A stretch of 64,000 nt of DNA from Longimicrobiales bacterium (GCA_963664435.2 CAXXKM010000001.1:224001-288000); one strand, 5' to 3'. Shown: positions 42,441-53,990, numbered from the stretch's first letter. Program-made: numbers and translations. The notes: generated by a model not told the origin, from the sequence alone.

Positions 42441-44240
42441 TTACTGTTCAATCGACAGCACGGCCAGAAACGCCTCCTGCGGGATCTCCACCGATCCCAC
42501 CTGCTTCATCCGCTTCTTCCCCTCCTTCTGCCGCTCGAGCAGCTTGCGCTTGCGGGTGATGTCCCCGCCGTAGCACTTGGCGGTCACCGCCTTGCGCAGG
42601 GCCTTCACGTTGGTGCGCGCCACGATCTTCGATCCGATCGCCGCCTGCAGCGCCACCTGGAACTGCTGGCGCGGAATGAGCTCCTTCAGCTTGCGCACCA
42701 GGTCGCGCCCGTAGATCTGCGCGCGGTCGTGATGGATGATGACGCTGAAGGCGTCCACGGAATCGCCGTTCACCAGCACATCCAGCTTCACCAGGTTCTC
42801 GGGCCGGTACTCCGCGAAGTCGTAGTCGAGCGCCGCGTAGCCGCGCGTGCTCCCCTTGAGGCGGTCGTAGAAGTCCAGCACGATCTCGGCCAGGGGCAGC
42901 TCGAAGTCCATCTCCACGCGCCGGGGATCCAGGTACCGCATCCCCTTGAAGGTCCCGCGCCGATCGTGGCAGAGCTTCTGCACGTTGCCGATGTACTCGG
43001 CGGGAGACACGATGTGCGCGTGAACCCAGGGCTCGGCGACCGACTTCAGCTTGCCGCGGCCGGGCAGGCGGGTGGGGTTCTCGATCGCCAGCTCGCTGCC
43101 GTCGGTGAGCGTGATGTGATACTCGACGTTGGGCACGGTGGTGATCAGGCTCACGCCGAACTCGCGGTCCAGCCGTTCCTGGACGATCTCCATGTGGAGC
43201 AGCCCCAGGAAGCCGCAGCGGAAGCCGAATCCAAGCGCCGCCGATGTCTCGGGCTGATAGTGCAGGCTTCCGTCGTTCAGCCTGAGCCGGTCGAGGGCAT
43301 CGCGCAGGGATTCGTAGTCGTCGGCGTTGCTCGGATAGAGCCCCGCGAACACCATGGGACGCACCTCCTTGTACCCCGGCAGCAGCTCCTCCGCTCTGCG
43401 GGCGGCGTCGACGACGGTATCGCCCACCCGCGTGTGCGAGACGGACTTGATGGCCGCGACCAGGTACCCGACCTCTCCCGGGTGGAGGGCGTCGCGGCGC
43501 ACGCGCGCCAGCCGCGTATAGCCCACCTCGGTCACCTCGTAGGTGGCGCCTACGGTGCCGAAGCCGATGTCCATCCCCGGGCGCAGCACCCCGTCCATCA
43601 CCCGGACGCTCGGGACCGCGCCCAGATACTGGTCGTAGTAGGAGTCGAAGATGAGCGCGCGCAGGGGCGCCTCCGGATCTCCCGCCGGAGTGGGCACCCG
43701 TTCGATGACCGCTTCCAGGATCTCCGCGGCTCCGGTCCCCTCCTTGGCGCTCGCGAACAGCACCTCGGAGGGATCGACCCCCAGGAGGTCCGCGAGCTCG
43801 TCGCGGCGGCGCTCCGGCTCCGCGCCGGGAAGATCGATCTTGTTGATCACGGGGATCACTTCCAGGTCCGCGTCCAGCGCCAGGAACAGGTTCGAGATGG
43901 TCTGGGCCTGGATGCCCTGGCTGGCGTCGACGACGAGGATGGCGCCCTCGCAGGCCGCGAGGGAGCGTGACACCTCGTAGGTGAAATCGACGTGTCCGGG
44001 GGTGTCGATCAGGTTCAGCTGATAGCGCTCGCCGTCCCGCGCCGTGTAGTCCATGCGCACGGCGTGCAGCTTGATGGTGATGCCCCGTTCGCGCTCCAGC
44101 TCGTTTGAGTCGAGCACCTGAGCACGCATCTGGCGGGGGTCGAGCGTGCCGGTGAGCTCGAGGAGACGATCCGCGAGCGTCGACTTGCCGTGGTCGATGT
44201 GCGCGACGATGCAGAAGTTGCGGATGCGGTCGAGCTGCAC
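42441..44240 (-). CDS. lepA: Elongation factor 4 (LepA)
   Basis: [56 protein letters not shown]. Confidence 0.99.
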   Translation of the reverse strand: MQLDRIRNFCIVAHIDHGKSTLADRLLELTGTLDPRQMRAQVLDSNELERERGITIKLHAVRMDYTARDGERYQLNLIDTPGHVDFTYEVSRSLAACEGAILVVDASQGIQAQTISNLFLALDADLEVIPVINKIDLPGAEPERRRDELADLLGVDPSEVLFASAKEGTGAAEILEAVIERVPTPAGDPEAPLRALIFDSYYDQYLGAVPSVRVMDGVLRPGMDIGFGTVGATYEVTEVGYTRLARVRRDALHPGEVGYLVAAIKSVSHTRVGDTVVDAARRAEELLPGYKEVRPMVFAGLYPSNADDYESLRDALDRLRLNDGSLHYQPETSAALGFGFRCGFLGLLHMEIVQERLDREFGVSLITTVPNVEYHITLTDGSELAIENPTRLPGRGKLKSVAEPWVHAHIVSPAEYIGNVQKLCHDRRGTFKGMRYLDPRRVEMDFELPLAEIVLDFYDRLKGSTRGYAALDYDFAEYRPENLVKLDVLVNGDSVDAFSVIIHHDRAQIYGRDLVRKLKELIPRQQFQVALQAAIGSKIVARTNVKALRKAVTAKCYGGDITRKRKLLERQKEGKKRMKQVGSVEIPQEAFLAVLSIEQ

Positions 44241-44249
44241 GGCTCCCCC

Positions 44250-45293
44250 TCAGGCCCGGCCGCGCAGCACGCGCCGCATCATCTCGAGCGCGCGCTCCAC
44301 GTCGGAGGTGGATATGTCCCGGTGGGTGACGGCCCGAATCCCGGCCCGGCCCTGGGGAAGCAGATGAAGCCCGCGGGCGTGGCACCGGGTGGCGAAGGCG
44401 CCCGCCGGCATCGCCGATACCCGAAACCGCACGAGGTTCGACTGTGGCACGCCGGGGGCAGCCTCCAGGCCGTCGATGCCGGCGATGCCGCGCGCCAGGG
44501 CGCGGGCGTGGGCGATGTCGGCCGGCAAGCCGTCGCGGTGGTGTTCCAGCGCATGCAGGGCGGCCGCGGCGAGGATGCCCGCCTGGCGGAAGCCGCCGCC
44601 GAATTGCTGCTTGAAGCGGCGCGCCCGCGCCACCAGCTCCTCCGAGCCCGCCAGAGCGGAGCCCACGGGAGCTCCGAGGCCCTTGCTGAAACAGACGTTC
44701 ACGGTATCGAAGGGCGCGGCGTAACGAGCCTCCGGGACCCCGGAGGCGGCCGTGGCGTGCCAGAGGCGGGCGCCATCGAGGTGGGTGGCGAGGCCGTGGC
44801 GGCGGGCGGCGGCGCATACCTCCTCGACCTGGCCGAGCGGCCACACGGTCCCCCCACCCCCGTTGTGGGTGTTCTCCACGCACAGCAGCCGGGGCGGCGA
44901 TTCCAGGTGGATCGGATTGAAGGGATGCTCGGGCTCCATGGCGTCCTCCACATCGGCTGCGGCAAAGAGCCCGCCCCTGCCGGGAAGGGGCTTCATGGAC
45001 ACCCCGCTGAGCGCGGCGGGAGCACCCGACTCGCTGCGCACGATATGGGCGCTTCGGTCGATCAGGACGAGGTCGCCGGGCTCGGTGTGGGCACGCACCC
45101 CGATCTGGTTGGACATCGTGCCCGTGGGCACGAACACCGCGGCCTCCTTGCCCAGCAGTTCGGCGGTGCGCGCCTCCAGCGCGTTCACGGTGGGATCGTC
45201 GCCGTACACGTCGTCGCCCACCGGGGCGGCGGCGATGGCTTCCCGCATGGCCGGGGTGGGCAGGGTCACGGTGTCGCTGCGGAGATCGATCAT
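44250..45293 (-). CDS. ltaE: Low-specificity L-threonine aldolase
   Basis: MIDLRSDTVT, VGDDVYGDDPT, HLDGARL, CFSKGLGAPVGS. Confidence 0.93.
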   Translation of the reverse strand: MIDLRSDTVTLPTPAMREAIAAAPVGDDVYGDDPTVNALEARTAELLGKEAAVFVPTGTMSNQIGVRAHTEPGDLVLIDRSAHIVRSESGAPAALSGVSMKPLPGRGGLFAAADVEDAMEPEHPFNPIHLESPPRLLCVENTHNGGGGTVWPLGQVEEVCAAARRHGLATHLDGARLWHATAASGVPEARYAAPFDTVNVCFSKGLGAPVGSALAGSEELVARARRFKQQFGGGFRQAGILAAAALHALEHHRDGLPADIAHARALARGIAGIDGLEAAPGVPQSNLVRFRVSAMPAGAFATRCHARGLHLLPQGRAGIRAVTHRDISTSDVERALEMMRRVLRGRA

Positions 45294-45330
45294 GATCCGC
45301 GATACACCGGGCGGGGCGGGTGGTGTCGCA

Positions 45331-46359
45331 TCACCGCCGCTGCCAGGGAGCGCCGAGCCCGCCATCGGGCGAGTCGCCGGTCCGCGCCAGCGTCACCCCG
45401 GCGACCTGCCGCCGCAGCGCGCGGATCCCGGCTGGACCGACGCGGCAGCACCCGCCGACGCCGGCCGCCCCGCGCGCAATCCAGTCGCGCGCTTCGAGGG
45501 TCGGCTCGCCGGCCCCCCGGGCGCCGTTCGCGGGCCAGTGCCACGCCCCGGTGTGGGCGTCGTACACCTCCCCGGAGTTGGGATAGACGATCACGGGAAG
45601 ATCGGTCTCGCCCCGGATTCGTCCGATGAGTTCTCCGACATGTGCGGGCGCGACGCAGTTCACCCCCACCGCGGCCACCCTTTCCGCCCGATCGCAGAGG
45701 CGCGCGACCGCCTCGACCGGCGTGCCGTCCCAGAGGCGGGCGCCATCCGCGCAGCAGAAGCTCACCCACGCCCACGCTTCCGGCGTTTCGGCCAGAATCC
45801 CGAGCACGACTTCGACCTCGAGACCCGAGGGGATGGTTTCGCAGAGGATCAGGTCGGCGTCCGAGCGCGCGAAGAGCCGGAAGCGGCGCCGGTGGAACTC
45901 GTCCAGCACCCGGGGTTCGACGCCGTACCGGCCATCGTATTCCGACCCGTCCGCGAGGTACGCCCCGTATGGCCCCGCACTGGCCGCCACCAGCGGGCGC
46001 AGCCGGCCGGTTCGGCCAGCCTGTTCCGCCCGGAACTCGTCGCGCGCCTCGATGGCCAGCGCGACCGAGAGTTCCAGGAAGCCCGCCGCATCGCCATCGC
46101 CGTAGCCCTGCGCGCGGAAGCCGGGGAAGCTCGCCTGGTAGCTGGCGGTGGAAATGCAGTCCGCGCCCGCCGCGAGGTATTCGGCGTGGGTGCGCCGGAT
46201 GGCGCCGGGGTTCGATACGAGCAGTTCGGCGGACCAGAGCCGGGTGTCGAGGCGGTGCCCGCGGGCTTCGAGCCCCGTCGCCAGACCCCCGTCGGCGATC
46301 AGCGGCCTCCCGCGGGCGAAGAACGGCGCGAGAGGACCGGTCCGCTCCGGCCGGCTCAT
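45331..46359 (-). CDS. mmuM: Homocysteine S-methyltransferase
   Basis: DGGLATGLE, LWSA, TASYQAS, GPYGAYLADGSEY, GVNC, YPNSGE, GGCCR. Confidence 0.93.
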   Translation of the reverse strand: MSRPERTGPLAPFFARGRPLIADGGLATGLEARGHRLDTRLWSAELLVSNPGAIRRTHAEYLAAGADCISTASYQASFPGFRAQGYGDGDAAGFLELSVALAIEARDEFRAEQAGRTGRLRPLVAASAGPYGAYLADGSEYDGRYGVEPRVLDEFHRRRFRLFARSDADLILCETIPSGLEVEVVLGILAETPEAWAWVSFCCADGARLWDGTPVEAVARLCDRAERVAAVGVNCVAPAHVGELIGRIRGETDLPVIVYPNSGEVYDAHTGAWHWPANGARGAGEPTLEARDWIARGAAGVGGCCRVGPAGIRALRRQVAGVTLARTGDSPDGGLGAPWQRR

Positions 46360-46718
46360 CCCTCCGGGCTGAGCAGCGTCGCCAGCATCTCCGCGTTGTA
46401 TCCCACCAGAAGCCGATCCCCGCTGCGCATCGTCGGCGCGCGCAGCTTCCCGAAACGGCTGCAGAGAAGCTTCACCAACTCCTCGTCGGCGGGCCTGTCG
46501 GCGCCAAGATCGACGTGGACGATCTTCTTCCCCCTGGCGACATGGAGGTCGCTCACGCCTTCCAGGAGGGTCAGCACTTCGTCGCCCGCGACGGGACTGC
46601 GCGTGGCGCTCTGCACTTCCCCGGTCGCGATTTCATTCTGCGCAAGAAACTCTTGCGTACGCTTGCAACTGGTTCAGCCCGGGCGGTGATACCGCCATTC
46701 AACGGACGACGTGGCCAT
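46356..46718 (-). CDS. ArsC/Spx-like thioredoxin-fold selenoprotein (U15 in UxxC), 120 aa
   Basis: GGAGGGG SD 5 nt before ATG 46718; MATSSVEWRYHRPG-UGA(46674-46676)-TSCKRTQEFL, continuing in frame into track ORF 46356..46616, which carries LRAPTMRSGDRLLVGYN (ArsC-like RP...VGF/Y). Confidence 0.85.
46641..46676 (-). promoter_or_regulatory. Candidate bacterial SECIS element
   Basis: Perfect 7-bp stem CGCAAGA-GUU-UCUUGCG; the loop starts with G, 23 nt after the UGA. Confidence 0.7.
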
Positions 46719-47208
46719 GAGATCCCCTCCGGCGGGTTTGCGGCGCGAACGGAAGAAGGTTCGGGGGGGCATGCGCCGGGATGCCCTAACCTGTTTTATC
46801 GCTTCAAGATAGCTTTACTCATCGGACAACTGTCGTGGTCCCTTGCCCGGACGAAGTCTAGCAGCCCGCAGGCCGCTGCTTCAAGGCGCTCGACCGGATC
46901 CGGGCTCGGCGACGGGCGATGGCCCGGGGGCGAGGCTTCGCCCGTGGGCGGCGCGATCCACCGGGGCGCCGGCAGGATCGAACACCGGGCCTTGCGGCGC
47001 TATCGCGCCCGTCCGATTCTTGGGGCGCATCCGGGATGCCGACGGACGCCGGGCGACGCCGGCATGTGCCAGGGCATGCTCCGTCCCCGGTGCGACGCCG
47101 CACAGGGAGACCGCTGCGACCGGGAGGACCCGTGCGACGCGGGGCAGTGCAGTGCGGGAGAGACACGCGCCCGTGCCGTGCGGGCGGGCCGAACCTGTGG
47201 AGACCAGG

Positions 47209-47937
47209 ATGACCGTTTTGCGATGCGTGGCGCTGGGATGCCTCGTGCTCCCTGCGGCCGACGCCGGCGCGCAATCCCTCGACGACGCCAGAACCGCCTT
47301 TGCGGAAGGGCGTTTTCTCGAGGCGGCGGAACTGGCCGAAGCGCTGGCGACGTCCGACGGCTACGCCCTTGGCGCGCAATCGCTCGCGATACACGCGCAC
47401 TACTTCGCGACCGAGGATGAGTGGGAGGAGTTGGTCGACCGCGCGATAGAGATGGGCGACGCGGCCATGCTCGCCGATTCGACGAACGCCGAGGCGCACT
47501 ATCAGGCCGCCCACGCACTCGGCCGATACGCTCAGGGCGTGGGTGCGATCACGGCGCTCCGCCAGGGCCTCGCGGGAAGCATCCGCGAGCGGCTCGATGC
47601 AGCGATTCGCCTCGATCCCTATCTCTGGGAAGCCAGACTGGCGCTCGGCGGATGGCACGCCGACATCGCGGCGGAAGGGTTCATCGCGCGGCGGATGTAC
47701 GGAGGGAATCGACCGGCCGCCGTCGTACTGTTCGAGCAGGCGTTGCAGATGGCGCCGGAGTCGAGGGTCGTGCTCTTCGAGTACGCCGCCCGGCTCCCCG
47801 ACCTCGACGAAGAGAACGGGGAGGAGCGAGCGCGCGAAATGCTGGACAGGGCGGCTCAACTGCCGATCGTCGATGCCTACGACGGGCTCATCCAGGAACT
47901 GGTCCTCGAGGCAATCGCGAAGCGGGAGGACGGATAA
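47209..47937 (+). CDS. Secreted alpha-helical TPR-like protein
   Basis: Signal peptide ending AGA-Q; NAEAHYQAAHALGRYAQ, AIRLDP, ALGGWHA. Confidence 0.75.
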   Translation: MTVLRCVALGCLVLPAADAGAQSLDDARTAFAEGRFLEAAELAEALATSDGYALGAQSLAIHAHYFATEDEWEELVDRAIEMGDAAMLADSTNAEAHYQAAHALGRYAQGVGAITALRQGLAGSIRERLDAAIRLDPYLWEARLALGGWHADIAAEGFIARRMYGGNRPAAVVLFEQALQMAPESRVVLFEYAARLPDLDEENGEERAREMLDRAAQLPIVDAYDGLIQELVLEAIAKREDG

Positions 47938-47960
47938 CCCCGAAGGTCCGGCAGACAACC

Positions 47961-49043
<1,083 letters not shown>

Positions 49044-49089
49044 TCCCGGGCACGGAACGGTTCCGGTCACCGCTTCCGCCTGATCCGTC

Positions 49090-51036
49090 TCAGGGAGCTG
49101 CCCTGCCTGCGGATCTCGAGCCATCGCCGCCGCCGAGCCCCACGAGCTCCAGAAGCCGCAGGGCGTTCGTCGAGGTGGCGATGCCGGACCTGAGGCGATA
49201 ATCGAAGGTCAGCCCCTCGTTCCCGTCGCCGACGGACTCGGTAAGGTGGACGGGGACGGCCCGGGCCTTGAGGTCGTCCGCGTCGGCCAGCGTCAGGTCG
49301 TGGGTCGTCACGGCGCCGATCGCGCCGGAGTGGAGCAGCCTGCGCAGAACGGTGCGCGCGGCGATCCTGCGCTCGGCGCTGTTGGTCCCCTGGAGAACCT
49401 CGTCGAGGAGGTAGAGGACTCCGGGGCTCGCGGACGCCGCTCCACCCGCCGGCGCCTCCTCCCCGGCCCCGAAGCCGGGATGCCCATGAGCCGTCTCGGC
49501 CACATCCACGACCTGCTTGAGTCGCTGGAGCCCGGCCATGAAGAAGGACACGCCGTCGGCGAGGGAGTCGGCGACATGCATGCTGGTGACGACGCGCAGA
49601 GGCGGGATGCGCAGCGCCTCGGCGCACACCGGTCCGCCCGCCTGGCCGAGCACGACGTTCAGGCCGACTGCCTTCACGAGGGTGGACTTCCCGGACATGT
49701 TCGAGCCCGTCACCAACAGAAACGAGCCTGCCGGTCCCACTTCCACGTCGTTGCGCACGCAGAGCCCGGGGGCGAGCAGAGGATGGCCCAGGGTCCGTCC
49801 ACGAAGGGTGTCGGCTTCGGTGTCCAGCGTGGGCATGGTCCAGTCGGGGTTGTCGGCGGCGAGGGCCGCCAGGGCAGCCAGCGCTTCGGCTTCGCCGACG
49901 GCGCGGAGCCATGTGCGGACGCCGGCGCCCGACCGCTCCTTCCAGCGTTCGAGGGCGGCCAGGACATGTACGTCCCAGAGCAGGACGAGCGACAGCGGGA
50001 AGTGGAAGAGGGGCGACCTTCTGACTTCCGCCATATCCAGAAGCCGGCGCAGCCTCGCGATCTCGCGATGAGCCGGCCTGGTACCGGCACCCAGCCGCTC
50101 GCGGAGGTCGGACGCGTAGCGGGAATCGAGGGGCGCGTTGGCCAGAAGGCTGAGAAGCGGCCCGTAGTGCCGCACGCCCGACTCGCCATCGTCGGCCTCG
50201 GAGCAGGCCCGGGCGATCGCCCTCCACGCCGGGGTGAGCACCAGCGCCGAGATGAGAAGTGGCCAGGCCACGGCGGCTGCGGACACCATCCCCAGGGAAC
50301 AGAGAATGATGGCGGCCAGGTTCACCGGCGGAAGCACAATGGCGGCCGCGCGCAGCCAGGTGCGCCCGGACAGCCGGTCCCGGCCCTCCGCCCAGCGCAG
50401 AAAGTCCTCCACCTCCTGCATCGACGCGCCTTTCGTCAGCCGGGCTTCGGCCGCAATGCGGTCCCGGAAGTCGAAGGCGCCGGACATCTCGCGCACTGCC
50501 TGCTGGCGCAGGACGATGGTATCGGGATCCGCGGGCGCAAGAAGCCAGGACCAGAGGGTCTCTCGGCCGGGTGGAGTTCCGCAGACGCCTGCCAGGTGAA
50601 GGAGAGACGCGTGACCGTGCAGGTCCAGGTCGTCCGCGTAGTCGTGGTTCCCCGGCGCCGGGGTACGGACCGGCCGCGGCAGGTCGGACCAGCGGCGCTC
50701 GACACGGGCGATCCCCTCGCGATTGAAGTCGGCCATCAGCTCGGCGCGGCGCAGGTGCCGCCGGGCGGCCCGGTGCCGCGCGACTACCATCGCGAAGGCG
50801 GCGAGAGCACCGGCCACGAGCAGCCAGGCCGCCTGGCCGCGTCCCTGCGAGATCAACAGCCAGACGCCGGCCCCGCTGGCCACGAAGACCAGGAGCCGGA
50901 GCCGCTCGTACGATCGGACCACCCCGGCCCTTTCCGCCGCCTCCCGATCGAAGCGGCGGGCGCGGTCCGCGTATCGGGCGGCGGGCTGGTCGACGGACCC
51001 GGTACCGGGTGAGGTTGGCTCCGTCGTGCTTCTCAC
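49090..51036 (-). CDS. Membrane-associated MutS-related ATPase (domain V only)
   Basis: N-terminal TM segments, HDYADDLDL, GHPLL, TGSNMSGKST, DSLADGVSFF, LLDEVLQGTNS, TTHDL. Confidence 0.87.
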   Translation of the reverse strand: MRSTTEPTSPGTGSVDQPAARYADRARRFDREAAERAGVVRSYERLRLLVFVASGAGVWLLISQGRGQAAWLLVAGALAAFAMVVARHRAARRHLRRAELMADFNREGIARVERRWSDLPRPVRTPAPGNHDYADDLDLHGHASLLHLAGVCGTPPGRETLWSWLLAPADPDTIVLRQQAVREMSGAFDFRDRIAAEARLTKGASMQEVEDFLRWAEGRDRLSGRTWLRAAAIVLPPVNLAAIILCSLGMVSAAAVAWPLLISALVLTPAWRAIARACSEADDGESGVRHYGPLLSLLANAPLDSRYASDLRERLGAGTRPAHREIARLRRLLDMAEVRRSPLFHFPLSLVLLWDVHVLAALERWKERSGAGVRTWLRAVGEAEALAALAALAADNPDWTMPTLDTEADTLRGRTLGHPLLAPGLCVRNDVEVGPAGSFLLVTGSNMSGKSTLVKAVGLNVVLGQAGGPVCAEALRIPPLRVVTSMHVADSLADGVSFFMAGLQRLKQVVDVAETAHGHPGFGAGEEAPAGGAASASPGVLYLLDEVLQGTNSAERRIAARTVLRRLLHSGAIGAVTTHDLTLADADDLKARAVPVHLTESVGDGNEGLTFDYRLRSGIATSTNALRLLELVGLGGGDGSRSAGRAAP

Positions 51037-53939
51037 GAGTTGCCGCCAGCTCTCTTCCCGCCGCCGGCCACCCGCTTCTTCTCCTCTTCAAGGTCCTGCA
51101 GGGTCACGCCCCCGGTAATCCACGACGGAGCCGGATCGCCTTTCAGGTAGTGGCCGAACCACTCCAGGATGCGCCGGTGATAGTCCTTCTGGTTGGCCTC
51201 CTCGCGGAACCCGTGGTCCTCGCCCTCGTAGACCAGCAGCACCATCTGTTTCCCGGCCCGCCGCGCGAAGTTGTAGAATTCGGTTCCCTGGTCCCAGTCC
51301 ACCACCCCGTCGTCGTCGCCGAAGGCCATGAGCAGCGGCGTCTCGAGATTGTGAACCTCGTGGATGGGCGAGTTGCGCCTGTGGGCCTCGGGATCCTCCC
51401 AGAAGGGAACCTCCATGCGCGCCTGACCGGTCTCCCAGTGGTCGACCTCCGGAATCCCCGGGTTCCAGTGAATGGCCCCCATGAAGCTCACGAAGTCGGT
51501 GAGCGGCGCGCCCGCCACCGAGGCCGCGAAGATGTCGGTACGGGTGGGCAGGTAGGTCGCCTGGTAGCCGCCCCAGGAGTGGCCGATGAGCCCGACGGCG
51601 TCGGGGTCGGTCACCCCCATGTCGACCACCCTGGCCACCGCGGCCCGCACCGATTCCAGCGCGCTCACGCCCGGGTCGCGCGCCCGGTACACGATGTCGG
51701 GGAGGAGCACCGCGTACCCGTGCTGGGTCCACGCCGTGAAGTTGTAGTAGTCGCGCTCGCTGGGCGCGCTGAAGCGGTGCATCTGCGGCGAGAGCATTTC
51801 GTAGGTGTAGACGATGGTCGGTACCGCCTGCCCGGCCTCGTAACCCGCCGGGTAGAGCAGCACCGCCTGCAGGTCCCGCCCGCCCTCGCTCGTGAAATCC
51901 ACCAGCCCGGCCCGGCCCCACGCCACCTCCGCGAGGAAGGGGTTGATGTCGGTGACCTGGACCGCGCCGGCAAGGCCGGGACCCCCGACGAAGTAGTCGG
52001 GCGGGTCGTCGAAGGCCTGGGCGCGGTAGAGGAACACGTCGGCGCTGTCCGCGTGCGCGAGGCCGTCCACCAGGCGGTCCTCGAACACCAGCGTCTCCGG
52101 AGGCCCGGCCCAGCCGGAGCTGAGCCGCGCGTACCCCCGCTGCTCCGTCTTTTCGTCGTAGAGCGTCAGGTAGAGGGAGGCGCCGGGATCGACGCCGGGG
52201 GTATCGTCGTCCGGCAGGCGCGCGACCCGGTGCGTGACCCCGGTCCCGGCTCCGCCGGTGAGCCGCTCGGCACCGCTCCCGTCCAGCGCCACCCGCCAGA
52301 TGTCGTGCTCGTCGTAGAGGAGCACGTCGTCACCGTCCTCCAGCCATCCCCCGGGCGCGAAGCCGTACGGCGGGAGAACGTCGGTGGGGGTGTCGTACTC
52401 GGCATTGGCGAAGGAGGTGGGCAGGTTCGAGGTCAGGTCGCGGCGCGCCCCGGTCGCGATGTCGACGCTCGAGTAGTTGGCTCCGTCGTACGAAACCAGC
52501 CGGCTGCCGTCCGCGCCGGGCCACTCGTAGCGCACCCGCGTCAGGAGCGCGCGCCGCTCTCCCGTGCCGACATCGATGGCCCAGACGTCGTGATAGGGCC
52601 GGCCGAACATCGCCCCGAAAGGATAGGGCTCGGAGATGTCTTCGAGCGCGAACTCCCAGCCGTGCAGCAGGGCCGCGTTCGCCATGAGGTCGGAGCCGAT
52701 GGTCACGACGCGATCCTCGTCCAGGTGCCAGACGGCCAGCAGGGCGCGGTTCGCGTCCAGCGCCTCCGCCGCCTGCTGCTGCGGGAAGATGCGCACGTCC
52801 CGGCTGTGCCAGATCTGGAGCCCGGGAAGGTCCGGTTCCTCCTCGTCCCCCGAATCTGCGGACCGCGTGTCCGGGCTGGTGTCCGGCACGTCGGTTTCGT
52901 CGTCGGGCGCGGTCACGCCGGCCCCGGCCTCTGTGCCCGCCGCCGCATCCGGGTCATCTCCCGCGTCCTCTTCCCGGGGCCGGAGCCCGACCGAGATCAT
53001 GGCGCCGTCGTCGGACCACTGCGGCGCCCGGTCCACGACCTCCAGCGTGTCGGCGATGCCGGCCACCCCCTCGTCGAGGACCACCACCTCCAGTCCCCGG
53101 TCGAGGCCGCGCCAGGCCAGCACGTCGTACGCGGCGCCCGCAGCCGAGGCATCTCCACGCGAGCGCAGGGCAGCCAGGTCGGCCGCATCGTCGCGCCAAG
53201 CCAGCCCCCGGTAGCGGGCTCCCGACGCGTCCGCCGACCTGAGCGTGCCCGAGCCGGCATCGTAGATCTGCACGCCGTTGCCCAGGTCGGTCCCGGTCGC
53301 GATCACCATCGCAAGCAGCGATGCCGAGGAACTCCACTCCATCTCGGCGACGTTGCCGAAACTCGTCTCCGAGCCCGCGGCCACCGTCACAACCCGCAGG
53401 TCGGCCCCCTTCCCTTCGGGCTCTTCGGGGGCCTCTCCGCGTAGCGCGATGTATCGCCCCGACGCGTCGAAGCTCCACTCGGACACCGCCTCGAACCGGC
53501 GGATCTCTCCGCTGGCCAGATCCAGCAGCGCCGCCCCTTCGCGGGCGGTCTCGCCCTCCTCGTCGAGCCGTTCGCTCTCCTCCGGCGACAGCCCCACGGT
53601 CCACGCCAGCCAGCGTCCGTCAGGCGAAAAGCCCGGGGACTCGCCCCACGGAAAGACGCGCGTCGAATCCTCGCGCACGCGCCGCACCCGCAACGCCGCC
53701 GTCTCGTCGACGCGGGTGACTTCGTAGGCGATCCAGTCTCCATGCGGCGAAAGCACCGCCGGCCCGGGAGTCTCCCAGCGCCCGTAGTCTTCGGGCGCGA
53801 CACGGGGGAGGTCCTGTGCGGAAAGGGGAAGCGCGGCGGCGAGCAACCCCGCCGCCAGGCGGCCCATGGCGGAGCGAAGGCCGCGAACCGAAACAGTGGG
53901 GCCGGGGATGGACACCGGGGAGGCTGGGGATGAACTCAC
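51033..53939 (-). CDS. Secreted S9 prolyl oligopeptidase-family peptidase
   Basis: Signal peptide, SPDG/SPHG propeller repeats, GHSWGGY nucleophile, GDDDGVV, GEDHG. Confidence 0.92.
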   Translation of the reverse strand: MSSSPASPVSIPGPTVSVRGLRSAMGRLAAGLLAAALPLSAQDLPRVAPEDYGRWETPGPAVLSPHGDWIAYEVTRVDETAALRVRRVREDSTRVFPWGESPGFSPDGRWLAWTVGLSPEESERLDEEGETAREGAALLDLASGEIRRFEAVSEWSFDASGRYIALRGEAPEEPEGKGADLRVVTVAAGSETSFGNVAEMEWSSSASLLAMVIATGTDLGNGVQIYDAGSGTLRSADASGARYRGLAWRDDAADLAALRSRGDASAAGAAYDVLAWRGLDRGLEVVVLDEGVAGIADTLEVVDRAPQWSDDGAMISVGLRPREEDAGDDPDAAAGTEAGAGVTAPDDETDVPDTSPDTRSADSGDEEEPDLPGLQIWHSRDVRIFPQQQAAEALDANRALLAVWHLDEDRVVTIGSDLMANAALLHGWEFALEDISEPYPFGAMFGRPYHDVWAIDVGTGERRALLTRVRYEWPGADGSRLVSYDGANYSSVDIATGARRDLTSNLPTSFANAEYDTPTDVLPPYGFAPGGWLEDGDDVLLYDEHDIWRVALDGSGAERLTGGAGTGVTHRVARLPDDDTPGVDPGASLYLTLYDEKTEQRGYARLSSGWAGPPETLVFEDRLVDGLAHADSADVFLYRAQAFDDPPDYFVGGPGLAGAVQVTDINPFLAEVAWGRAGLVDFTSEGGRDLQAVLLYPAGYEAGQAVPTIVYTYEMLSPQMHRFSAPSERDYYNFTAWTQHGYAVLLPDIVYRARDPGVSALESVRAAVARVVDMGVTDPDAVGLIGHSWGGYQATYLPTRTDIFAASVAGAPLTDFVSFMGAIHWNPGIPEVDHWETGQARMEVPFWEDPEAHRRNSPIHEVHNLETPLLMAFGDDDGVVDWDQGTEFYNFARRAGKQMVLLVYEGEDHGFREEANQKDYHRRILEWFGHYLKGDPAPSWITGGVTLQDLEEEKKRVAGGGKRAGGNS

Positions 53940-53990
53940 GGGAATCTCCTTGAATCCAGGAATTGTCGGGGCGGCAAGACGGCGCGCCCG

